From: a virus
Lineage: Duplodnaviria > Caudoviricetes
Direction: 5' to 3' (one strand)
IMG/VR virus record: IMGVR_UViG_3300042280_000089
Span: 3,188-67,187 of that record
Length of the DNA: 64,000 nt
The translations under genes were made by a program, and so were the position numbers. Under the pieces are notes generated by a model. The model ran no database searches, was not told the origin of the DNA, and worked only from the letters and a program-made list of their open reading frames with translations. Below are positions 27,533 to 36,121 of the stretch, piece after piece (positions within the stretch are counted from its first letter, which is position 1; every line of letters begins with the position of its first letter).

Positions 27533-27750
27533 CATATCTGATTTCGTTAATGAGATAGTATATCGGGTGAGTATCGTCATCGTTTACCTAATGTCTTTAC
27601 TCACTCACTTTCTGATTGATTAAGGTATTCAATACAGGTAAGTCATCGATCTGAACACAAGAAGATTCACTTACTGAGTCTCTACTCTTCTTCTCTTCCT
27701 AGGCTTAATAATCCGTACTATCTCGGCTGTGTTGTGTTGTGTTTGTGTAG

Positions 27751-27780
27751 AAAAAACTAAGGGAGCCTTTCGGCCCCCTA
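27751..27780 (-). terminator. terminator with GAAA loop after the gp1-like gene
   Basis: UAGGGGGCC-GAAA-GGCUCCCUUAG plus U6. Confidence 0.8.
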
Positions 27781-27784
27781 TTGG

Positions 27785-28000
27785 TTACTCTGTTTTGTTC
27801 TCCAGTTTCTGAAGGACTTGACTATATTTTGCCTCCATCTCTGCTCGCATGATCTTTGCCTCAGCGACATGCTCTGACTCGAGCACTGCTGCCCTCGCAT
27901 CCACGACATGACCGACTCGCTCATAGGCTGATGCGAAGTAAGTGCTGCCACGCAGGAATGCAGTCATAAATGCCCACAGTTGTTCGAGAACTTGAATCAT
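27785..28000 (-). CDS. first early gene, N4/LIT1 gp1-like (71 aa)
   Basis: SD GAGGTG before ATG 28000; amphipathic N-terminus MIQVLEQLWAFMTAFL; follows promoter 1. Confidence 0.6.
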   Translation of the reverse strand: MIQVLEQLWAFMTAFLRGSTYFASAYERVGHVVDARAAVLESEHVAEAKIMRAEMEAKYSQVLQKLENKTE

Positions 28001-28045
28001 GGTGATCACCTCATAAGGTTGGTTGATTAGATGAAGCTCGTCAGC

Positions 28046-28065
28046 TCCACTGCCCCGCGAAGCGG
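28046..28065 (-). promoter_or_regulatory. candidate vRNAP hairpin promoter 1
   Basis: Template TCCAC-TGCC-CCGC-GAA-GCGG. Confidence 0.8.
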
Positions 28066-28322
28066 TATGGGGTAGGGTCAAGAGATGAAGTGATCGGTTA
28101 GCACACCGGGGGGGGGTATATCCGCGTTTTTGCTTCGCAGGGTAGTAGTAATGCACTCGTACCCAATTATTAATTTTCCCTAAACCCGACCTGAAAAATT
28201 ATGCGAGATATTTTCCGTCAACCCTGAGCCTCCCATATTCGCCTACAACGCCCGTACTATCACTGTCCAATACCTTTCTTTGGTCAATACCCATCGTCGC
28301 TTACAGGCGATTTTAGAGGCTC

Positions 28323-28369
28323 TACGGACAGGGGAGGGTGTAGCGTCAGCGAAACCCGACCTGTCCGTA
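28323..28369 (+). other. ssDNA hairpin with G.A internal loops, in the putative genome-end region
   Basis: TACGGACAGG/CCTGTCCGTA stem, GGGT/ACCC, GTA/GAA loop, apical GTCA; contains TAGCGT. Confidence 0.65.
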
Positions 28370-28451
28370 CCAGATAAATAATTCATGTTTGGTTTCGGAT
28401 TAATACTATATGACCCCTATAACCTAATGCAGTTAATGGGGTGTTGTATCT

Positions 28452-29150
28452 ATGGCCGATTTAACGGTTGATGTATTTAAGACAGTATTGCCCGCTAATC
28501 TACGGCGCAATGTTGATCAGGATATGGTGGATCGGATTAACAAAACCATTACCGATCCTGAAGTACGAGAAGCCTTTCGTGAAAACCTGTTGAGCTACAC
28601 GTCGGTTTTATCTCAGGGAAAGTTTAAGCTCCAAAACTATATCGATGCTGTGAAGTACGTGTCCTACAAATTAATGGGTGACAGTAATATCACGGCCTAT
28701 TCAAAAGCCTTCCCTGACAAAATCCAGCGATTTACCCAGCAGGGTGTCAGTTCAAAAGATATTGCCAGCTATGTCACGGCATATAACAAATCCAAGCTGG
28801 TGAATCTCATCATGGAACAGACACTGGTTCCTACGTGGGTACTCAACCAGGACTTATATCAGAAAGCCCTAAATGTGCAGGCAGAACTGATGATGAGTGC
28901 CAATAGCGAGAAGGTGCGTTGTGATGCAGCCAACAGCCTGATCAACGCTCTGAAGCGCCCGGAGACACACAAGGTCGAGCTGGATTTAGGGGTGAAGGAA
29001 GACAGCGTTATTGAGTCTCTGCGGGCCTCTACGATGGCATTGGTGAACCAGCAAAAAGAGATGCTGAAAGCTGGGTTCATGAACGCCCAGGAAGTGGCAC
29101 ACAGTCGGATCATTGAAGGGGAGGCGACGCATGTCTCAGACCCTGAATGA
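28452..29150 (+). CDS. N4 gp69-like protein (putative terminase small subunit)
   Basis: FRENLLSY..GKFKL.NY..AVKYVSY and VRCDAANSL motifs; immediately before TerL. Confidence 0.85.
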   Translation: MADLTVDVFKTVLPANLRRNVDQDMVDRINKTITDPEVREAFRENLLSYTSVLSQGKFKLQNYIDAVKYVSYKLMGDSNITAYSKAFPDKIQRFTQQGVSSKDIASYVTAYNKSKLVNLIMEQTLVPTWVLNQDLYQKALNVQAELMMSANSEKVRCDAANSLINALKRPETHKVELDLGVKEDSVIESLRASTMALVNQQKEMLKAGFMNAQEVAHSRIIEGEATHVSDPE

Positions 29151-31770
29151 AGCCTTACGTGAAGCCAATCAAGTCTGGGGTGTTGATGATTATCTGAATG
29201 CGACGGATTACAGCATCCACCCGGAGTATGTCCCCAGTGACTTTGCACTGGAGTTTGTGAACTTCATTAAGCTGGTGAATGGTGAAGACGGGGAAGAGAA
29301 CAAGACGCCCCTCGTTCACTACTACATGCTGGATACGCTCACGAATAATGGGCGACGGATCCTGAACATGTGCCATCGCGGTATAGCCAAGACGACCGTG
29401 ATGGGGGAATACCTGTTTTTGTACATTGCTACCTACGGAACACTGCCGGGTTTCGGTAAGGTCACATTGGCTCTGTATGTCTCTGACTCCATCGAGAACG
29501 GTGTCAAGAACATGCGCAAGAACCTGGAGCACCGATGGGAGAATTCTGATTTCCTCAAACGATTTGTGCCGACGATCCGTTTTACGGATATCCGCTGGGA
29601 GTTCGTCAATGCGGATGGACACAAGTTTATCGTCAAGGGGTATGGCGCCAAGGCACTATCCCTGGACAGCGAGCTTCATACACTGGAAGGGCGCATTACG
29701 ATTGGTGAATGCAAGGTGGGTGATCGCATTTTTGGTGCAGATGGTAAGCTGACAGTGATTACGGCGAAAAGTGAAGTTTTTCACAAACCCATGTATGAGC
29801 TGGAGCTTGAAGATGGTCGCACCCTGAAAGTGTCCGAAGATCATTACAATCCTGTTGTGGTTAATACATCTCCCAATGGTATTGCTCGTTGGGAAGAAAA
29901 AGTATTAACCACCGCTGAATTGCTAGAACAGCCACTGACTCACACCAAGAAAGGAAACAAGAATCACCGAGGCACCGGTACCAAGCATCTGGTTCAGGTC
30001 AAGAACATTGAACCACTGGAATACCCGCACAAGGAATTTCCTGTAGATCCATACACGCTTGGTGTTGTGCTGGGTGACGGATGCATACGGAAAGAGTGTG
30101 GATCAGTGGAGCTGACTGTTCATGCAGATGAGTTATCCCATTACCACCAGAACATTCCTTATGAATTTGGTGCACTCTATTGCGATAAGCGATCCAGTGC
30201 AGTCACTCAGTCAATTCGTGGATTGGGCCGTGCATTGAAGAAAATGGGGCTTAATGTGCGGGGAGAAATGAAATTTATTCCTGCTGAGTACTTCTACGGC
30301 TCCATACAGCAACGACTCGACATGTTGCAGGGATTGCTGGATACAGACGGAACTATTAGTAAAACAGGGCGTATCAGCTTCACCAGTTCCTCGTACCAGC
30401 TTTGTGAAGATGTAGCCTGTTTGGTGCGTTCTCTTGGTGCTAGTGCCAGTAAGATACGTAAGCAAAAATCTTCCGAAGCCTACCGTGTCGAGATATGGAT
30501 GAAACTCAACCCATTCCGGCTGTCCCGTAAGGCTGAACGCTTTGTGCCCAAAGAAAAACGAATGAATGTGGTTGCTGTGCGGCGTATTCCAGATGAGCCA
30601 AGCCAGTGTATTGCGGTAGACAACGAGGAGCGGCAATTCGTTGCAAATTGTTATTTCCGTACTCACAACACGGGTGTGCGTGGTGCCAAGGAGATGGGGC
30701 AGCGTCCTCAGCTGGCGGTACTTGATGACTTGATTTCAGACGAAGACGCTCGCTCAGCCACGGTGATTTCTGCAGTAGAGGACACGGTGTACAAGGCTGT
30801 GACCTACGCATTGCACCCTGCCAAGAATCTCATCATCTGGTCAGGGACACCGTTCAATGCGAAGGATCCGCTGTACAAAGCTGTTGAATCCGGTGCATGG
30901 GCCGTCAACGTGTTCCCGGTGTGTGAGAAGTTTCCGTGTAGTCGAGAGGAGTTCCGGGGTTCATGGCCGGATCGCTTTACCTATGACTATGTGAAGGAGC
31001 AGTACGAGTCGGCATTAAAGCTGGGCAAGGTCGATACCTTCAACCAGGAATTGATGCTGCGCATCATGTCGGAAGAAGATCGTTTGATCGAGGACGGGGA
31101 CATAGGTTGGTACAAGCGTGCGCTGGTACTGAGTAACCGTCACCGGTTCAACTTCTACATCACGACCGACTTTGCAACATCTCAGAAAACCAGCGCGGAC
31201 TTCTCGGTGATTTCAGTCTGGGCCTACAACAACAACGGCGACTGGTTGTGGGTAGACGGCGTATGCCGTCGGCAGCTCATGGATAAGAACATCGATGATC
31301 TGTTCCGGCTGGCTCAGGAGTATCGACCGCAACAGGTGGGTATCGAAGTCACCGGACAGCAGGGCGGCTTTGTTCAGTGGATTCAGGAACAGATGCTGGT
31401 ACGCAACATCTTCTTCCCGCTGGCTTCAGAAGGGAATACCGGTAAACCAGGTATCCGACCGAACACCAACAAGTTAGTGCGCTTTAACACGATGGTGCCT
31501 CTGTTCAAAGCCCATAAGATATTCTTCCCGATTGAGAAGCGAGACTCACCTGAAATTCAGGAAGCGCTGGAAGAGTTAACGCTGGCATCGAAAAGTGGAT
31601 TCAAGAGTAAGCACGATGACTTCATTGATACCATTTCAATGCTGAGCAGTTTAACCCCGTGGAAGCCAACCGAAACGGGTGATTTAGTGGCGGCTAAAGG
31701 ACAGGATTATTGGGAGCTGGACATAGAACCGGAGGATAATAGCACAGCCCTCGATTCCTATATTGTTTGA
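29131..31770 (+). CDS. terL: terminase large subunit (N4 gp68-like) with intein
   Basis: HRGIAKTT Walker A, AVLDDL Walker B, FYITTDFAT and SKHDDFID nuclease motifs; splicing restores KGYGAK|TGVRG. Confidence 0.95.
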   Translation: MSQTLNEALREANQVWGVDDYLNATDYSIHPEYVPSDFALEFVNFIKLVNGEDGEENKTPLVHYYMLDTLTNNGRRILNMCHRGIAKTTVMGEYLFLYIATYGTLPGFGKVTLALYVSDSIENGVKNMRKNLEHRWENSDFLKRFVPTIRFTDIRWEFVNADGHKFIVKGYGAKALSLDSELHTLEGRITIGECKVGDRIFGADGKLTVITAKSEVFHKPMYELELEDGRTLKVSEDHYNPVVVNTSPNGIARWEEKVLTTAELLEQPLTHTKKGNKNHRGTGTKHLVQVKNIEPLEYPHKEFPVDPYTLGVVLGDGCIRKECGSVELTVHADELSHYHQNIPYEFGALYCDKRSSAVTQSIRGLGRALKKMGLNVRGEMKFIPAEYFYGSIQQRLDMLQGLLDTDGTISKTGRISFTSSSYQLCEDVACLVRSLGASASKIRKQKSSEAYRVEIWMKLNPFRLSRKAERFVPKEKRMNVVAVRRIPDEPSQCIAVDNEERQFVANCYFRTHNTGVRGAKEMGQRPQLAVLDDLISDEDARSATVISAVEDTVYKAVTYALHPAKNLIIWSGTPFNAKDPLYKAVESGAWAVNVFPVCEKFPCSREEFRGSWPDRFTYDYVKEQYESALKLGKVDTFNQELMLRIMSEEDRLIEDGDIGWYKRALVLSNRHRFNFYITTDFATSQKTSADFSVISVWAYNNNGDWLWVDGVCRRQLMDKNIDDLFRLAQEYRPQQVGIEVTGQQGGFVQWIQEQMLVRNIFFPLASEGNTGKPGIRPNTNKLVRFNTMVPLFKAHKIFFPIEKRDSPEIQEALEELTLASKSGFKSKHDDFIDTISMLSSLTPWKPTETGDLVAAKGQDYWELDIEPEDNSTALDSYIV
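29653..30669 (+). mobile_element. 339-aa Ala1 (class 3-type) intein with LAGLIDADG endonuclease
   Basis: Starts ALSLDSELHT and ends SQCIAVD...FRTHN, followed by Thr; LAGLIDADG blocks LGVVLGDG and LQGLLDTDG. Confidence 0.93.
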
Positions 31771-31822
31771 TACCCTGTAGCTATTATGGCCCCAGTTATA
31801 ACTCGACATTACTGGGGCTATA

Positions 31823-32533
31823 ATGCTTCTATCTAATTTCTTCGAGCAATTAACCTACGGTGAATTAGCACAACTGGCATTAGGTGGGCGGGATATTACA
31901 GCAATTGCTGCAGAAGACTACCCTGCCATTGTGTCGCATATTAATCTGGGATTAACAGACCTGTATAAGCGGTTTCCACTGAAAACCAACGAAGTCATTA
32001 TACAGCTGTACGATCACATCCAGACGTATTACCTGATGTCAAAATATGCGGCGACTAATGCCGATTCATCAGAACCCATTAAATACATCATGGACTCAGT
32101 GTATCAGCCGTTTACGGATAATGTGCTGCGCATTGAGCAGGTATTTAATGAGATGGGAGAGGAGCGGACACTGAATGACGAAAACGATCCTCTTACTGTA
32201 CTGACCCCTCAGTTTAATGCTGTCACGATCCCCTATAACGAATCTTCCAACGCAATTGCTGTGGTGTATCGCGCTGCACATGACCGCATCGTCGTAACCG
32301 ATACCTTTGACCCTGCAACCGTTGAACTCACTTTACCGCATTATTTGGTTGAAGCCTTGATGCTGTACGTGACAGCGCGGGTGCTGTCTTCTACAGGTGG
32401 CGGACAAAACCTGAACGAAGCGAGCGCATTCATGGCGCGGTATGAGCTGGCTTGTCGTCAGGTATCAGACCTGAACCTGCTGAATACCGAGAACACAAGC
32501 AATCACCGATTGGAGCATAACGGATGGGTATGA
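31823..32533 (+). CDS. N4 gp67-like virion (head-tail adaptor) protein
   Basis: LTYGELAQL...INLGLTDLYKRF; follows TerL as in N4. Confidence 0.8.
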   Translation: MLLSNFFEQLTYGELAQLALGGRDITAIAAEDYPAIVSHINLGLTDLYKRFPLKTNEVIIQLYDHIQTYYLMSKYAATNADSSEPIKYIMDSVYQPFTDNVLRIEQVFNEMGEERTLNDENDPLTVLTPQFNAVTIPYNESSNAIAVVYRAAHDRIVVTDTFDPATVELTLPHYLVEALMLYVTARVLSSTGGGQNLNEASAFMARYELACRQVSDLNLLNTENTSNHRLEHNGWV

Positions 32534-34500
32534 TCACTTCACATCGGGCAACCACGGGCCTGGTGGAGCGGTATATCGGAACCGCCTATGACAACGTGGA
32601 GAAAGTGGCGCGCGAGATTGAAAGCGTCAAGGAAGTCGCAGACCTGATCGCTGGTGATGTTGACTTCCATTTGCTGGCTCAGGTGCTTCAGAACCTGGGC
32701 GACTCTGTAGCCGATCTGGCTGCCTTGGCTCAAGCCGACCTGATTCAGATTTCAAACGATCTGGCTAAAGGCAACTACCTGGGCAATCGTAAGATCGACA
32801 TTGATCTGGCGTTGAACAACGCATCCGATGCAACGGAAGTGACCTATCAAGGCGCGACCATTACGACCAATGAAGGTGTAGTGGTTCAGATCGATTTCAC
32901 TACCACCGATTCTGCTGGCAACACGGTTGTTCAGGAGCTGGCATCTTACACTGCGATCTACAACGCCATCGTTGATGGGATCGAGAAGTACAACGCCAAC
33001 GAGCCGAATCCACAGCTGCACATCGTTGATACCGAGATCGATATCATTAACAGTACGCTGCCGGATCTGCCGACCATGATCCGGATCCGTGATACGGACG
33101 GCGGCGCCTCTTCGATTGACCGTATCCAGTTGCAGGTGTACTCCGGTAATGCCATTGAGCAAAACCCGGCGTACTACTGGGCACGTACTACATCCGCGCT
33201 GCAGACACTGGCAAACCGCATCGGGGACGTCATTGCACTGGGTAATGACATCGATGCCATCATTGCCATTGCGACTCAGCGAGATGAAGTAGAGTACTTG
33301 TATAACAAGCGCTTTGAGCTGTTCGAGAATGCCAACAGTCTGTCAAACCAGATCAGTAAACTGATTACTCTTCACGATAACATCGCGACGCTGCTGGCCG
33401 TCGAAAACAAGCTGGCGAGTGTGGATCTGGTGGCATCCAACATGGACGCCATCGACGCTGTGGTTGCCAATATGGCGGAGATTCAGGCGGCTGACGACAA
33501 CGCAGCAACCGCGACCTATAACGCTAACCAAGCGTTGAATTTCCGCAATGAAGCAGAAACCTTCAGTCAGGCAGCGGATCAGGCAAGCCAGACAGCGGCA
33601 GGTCACAGTACTGCTGCTGCTGCATCGGCACAAACCGCTGCAGACAAGCTGAACCAGATCCGTTCAATCACAGTTGGTTCCACCATTACTGGCGCACCCG
33701 GCAGTAATGCCAGCGTCATCTATAACTCACAGGACAACAAATTCACGTTTGTTGTGCCGCAAGGGGTTAAAGGTGATAAGGGTGATGCGTTCACCGTCAA
33801 CGCTGCCGGCACACTGGCTGAGCGGGCACTGTACGACGATCAGGTAAAGGGTTTCAGCTTCCTGGATCTGACGAACAGCCTCATCTACTTCAAGCAGTCA
33901 GCCACATCCGGTGATTGGTCTACCGGTGCATCGTTCGGTAAGGGTGACAAAGGGGATCAGGGTGAAAAAGGGGTCGGTATTGCATCGACGACGTTTACCA
34001 GTACGACAGATGCCAGTGGTCAGCCTGCGCAACCTGGTGCAACGGACACTTACACCATTACCTATTCAGATGGTTCAACCGATACCTTTACGGTTCGAAA
34101 CGGTAATGAGATCCAGATCAGCGATTTGGTAAACGATAGTGATATTACCGTTGATAAGACCTGGAGCAGTAATAAAATCAACACGGCGATTAACTCGGTG
34201 GCCACAAATGCGGCATCCAGTTATGCCAGGTTGTTGAATAAGACGGTTGCCAGTGCATCCAAAACATTGGCACCGCAGGAAGCCTGTTTTTTCACAGGTG
34301 GTACAACAGCAACACTTCCAGCAAATCCAGCGGTGAATACGGAAGTCGAGATTACAGTCGGCAACCTTTCAACGCTGGTTGTTGCTCGTAACGGTCAACT
34401 GATTATGGGGCTTGCTGAAGATATGACGCTGGATATCCCGTACTTCTCACTGCGTTTACGGTATGTCAATGCGTCACTGGGTTGGAGAATTGTATCATGA
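32524..34500 (+). CDS. tail fibre/appendage protein with short collagen-like segments
   Basis: N-terminal LVERYIGTAYDNV typical of N4-like fibres; Ala-rich coiled coil; GxKGDKG repeats. Confidence 0.75.
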   Translation: MGMITSHRATTGLVERYIGTAYDNVEKVAREIESVKEVADLIAGDVDFHLLAQVLQNLGDSVADLAALAQADLIQISNDLAKGNYLGNRKIDIDLALNNASDATEVTYQGATITTNEGVVVQIDFTTTDSAGNTVVQELASYTAIYNAIVDGIEKYNANEPNPQLHIVDTEIDIINSTLPDLPTMIRIRDTDGGASSIDRIQLQVYSGNAIEQNPAYYWARTTSALQTLANRIGDVIALGNDIDAIIAIATQRDEVEYLYNKRFELFENANSLSNQISKLITLHDNIATLLAVENKLASVDLVASNMDAIDAVVANMAEIQAADDNAATATYNANQALNFRNEAETFSQAADQASQTAAGHSTAAAASAQTAADKLNQIRSITVGSTITGAPGSNASVIYNSQDNKFTFVVPQGVKGDKGDAFTVNAAGTLAERALYDDQVKGFSFLDLTNSLIYFKQSATSGDWSTGASFGKGDKGDQGEKGVGIASTTFTSTTDASGQPAQPGATDTYTITYSDGSTDTFTVRNGNEIQISDLVNDSDITVDKTWSSNKINTAINSVATNAASSYARLLNKTVASASKTLAPQEACFFTGGTTATLPANPAVNTEVEITVGNLSTLVVARNGQLIMGLAEDMTLDIPYFSLRLRYVNASLGWRIVS

Positions 34501-35240
34501 GTAACTTAACTGACTTTCTGCCGATCAAGGAAGATACGGCAGCAGATGTCTTAACCAAACTAAAAACCGTTGACGGTAGTGGTTCTGGTTTAGATGCCGA
34601 TACGTTGGACGGTCAACACGCCAGCGCATTTGCCTTAGCCAGTGCATCCAATATCAGTGATTCCACGTTACTGAGTAAGATTAAAAACGTGGATGGTAGT
34701 GGTAGTGGATTGGATGCGGATACCCTGGATGGTAAGCAGCTGAGCACTATTGAAGCGGAATATCAAACGGCAATTGATAATGCTGTGTCTGCGTTAGTGA
34801 GTGCTGCTCCGGGTGCATTGGATACGCTGAATGAGCTGGCAGCTGCGTTAGGGGATGATCCCAACTTTGCTACGACTGTAACCAATTCATTAGCGACCAA
34901 GCTGAACGCCTCTGCTTATACTGCTGCGGATGTTAAAGCCAAGCTACTGACAGTGGATGGATCAGGTAGTGGGATCGATGCGGATATGCTGGATGGCCTG
35001 CACCAAAGCTCCTTTGCTCGGGCTTCACACACTCACTCTACCAGTGACATCAGTGGGTACTCTCCAGGTGTCTCTTTGAGCAGCCTTAAGACTGTGAGCT
35101 ACAAGGCTAAGGAATATGACTGGGTTCTACTTAGTACTGCTCTCACGAGGGTTCCCAACAACGGACTCGTCTGCAGAGCGTACTTTTCAGGAGCTTCCCT
35201 CAGCAGAACATGCACCATCTACTACAGGACTTATAGCTAA
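34497..35240 (+). CDS. tail fibre protein
   Basis: Three VDGSGSG(L/I)DADxLDG repeats and a LDTLNELAAALGDDPNFA motif. Confidence 0.8.
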   Translation: MSNLTDFLPIKEDTAADVLTKLKTVDGSGSGLDADTLDGQHASAFALASASNISDSTLLSKIKNVDGSGSGLDADTLDGKQLSTIEAEYQTAIDNAVSALVSAAPGALDTLNELAAALGDDPNFATTVTNSLATKLNASAYTAADVKAKLLTVDGSGSGIDADMLDGLHQSSFARASHTHSTSDISGYSPGVSLSSLKTVSYKAKEYDWVLLSTALTRVPNNGLVCRAYFSGASLSRTCTIYYRTYS

Positions 35241-35656
35241 TGCACGTAATGCTTAACCCTGATGACAACTCTATCTGCCTTGCCTCAGATACAGAGATTG
35301 AAGGGGTCGATAAAGAAGAAGGCAAGCCCATCGTTGAAATCGAAGGAAGCGTCTCTGAGGTATTCCCCAATGGTGCTTACGATTGGGCCATCTACTGCGT
35401 GGACCCTGAAGACAACTCCCTGATTACCAGTGATGTGTACCGGGAGAAATACCCTCCGGTCCCCACTGATGCCTCTGTCCGCACTGAACGCGACCGCCTG
35501 ATTGCTCAAGCCGACATCCTCGTGTTCAAGGCCGAGGACCGGGGAGTCGATACGGCTATCTACCGGGCTTACCGCGAAGCACTGCGCAGTATCACTGAGC
35601 AGGAAGGCTTCCCGCATAACGTCGTTTGGCCGGAGCAACCGCCTGAACCAGTTTAA
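35240..35656 (+). CDS. tail fibre assembly chaperone
   Basis: VRTERDRLI...YREALRSITEQEGFPHNVVWPEQP. Confidence 0.85.
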   Translation: MHVMLNPDDNSICLASDTEIEGVDKEEGKPIVEIEGSVSEVFPNGAYDWAIYCVDPEDNSLITSDVYREKYPPVPTDASVRTERDRLIAQADILVFKAEDRGVDTAIYRAYREALRSITEQEGFPHNVVWPEQPPEPV

Positions 35657-35677
35657 ATCGAGAAGCCAATCCATCTT

Positions 35678-35703
35678 AAAACGGGACGTATGTCCCGTTT
35701 TTT
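35678..35703 (+). terminator. intrinsic terminator (possibly bidirectional)
   Basis: AAAACGGGAC/GTCCCGTTTT plus T tract. Confidence 0.75.
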
Positions 35704-35761
35704 CTATCTACAAAAAGAGTATGAGATACTTTGAAAAAGTATCCGTTAATAAGGTGCACGA

Positions 35762-36118
35762 ATGGAAGAGTTCGATTTATCAATTGTGAAAGGTGCGAGT
35801 TTCAGTAAAACCTTTCAGTACGCAACTAAAGTAGAAGGCATAGTTACTCCAATCGATCTGTCCAACTACTCTGTCGGAATGCAGATCCGACACACTCCTG
35901 CGAATCCCACTGTTTTGTTTGATGCTGTTGCAAGTAATTGCGTCTTCATCAGTGAGCCTTCTCAGGGGAAAGTTCGATTAGACATTCCCAGTGAATTGAC
36001 TGAACAGATGAATTTTAAAAAAGGCGTATACGACATCGTGTTGATTTCCCCTGAAGGGGATAAATCCATTTTAGCCAAAGGCGATGTGTTCGTGTCCTAT
36101 CTGGTTTCACGGGGGTGA
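35762..36118 (+). CDS. virion/tail-associated protein
   Basis: IVKGASF...PIDLSNY...KGVYDIVL motif of a family commonly found before collagen fibres. Confidence 0.7.
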   Translation: MEEFDLSIVKGASFSKTFQYATKVEGIVTPIDLSNYSVGMQIRHTPANPTVLFDAVASNCVFISEPSQGKVRLDIPSELTEQMNFKKGVYDIVLISPEGDKSILAKGDVFVSYLVSRG

Positions 36119-36121
36119 TGA

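Noticed and set aside
26720-27750. CA-rich (26720-26755) and GT-rich (27250-27285, 27728-27749) tracts as inverted repeats or antisense pairs
   Set aside because: Low complexity with only about 9 nt of exact complementarity, which is insufficient evidence.
28001-28156. N-terminal extension of the gp1-like ORF (track start 28156)
   Set aside because: It spans hairpin promoter 1 and the G run; a good SD precedes ATG 28000.
6960-28450. LexA (SOS) boxes controlling induction
   Set aside because: Near-matches such as CTGTATATAG at about 22538 lack the ACAG half-site; a PWM scan would be needed.
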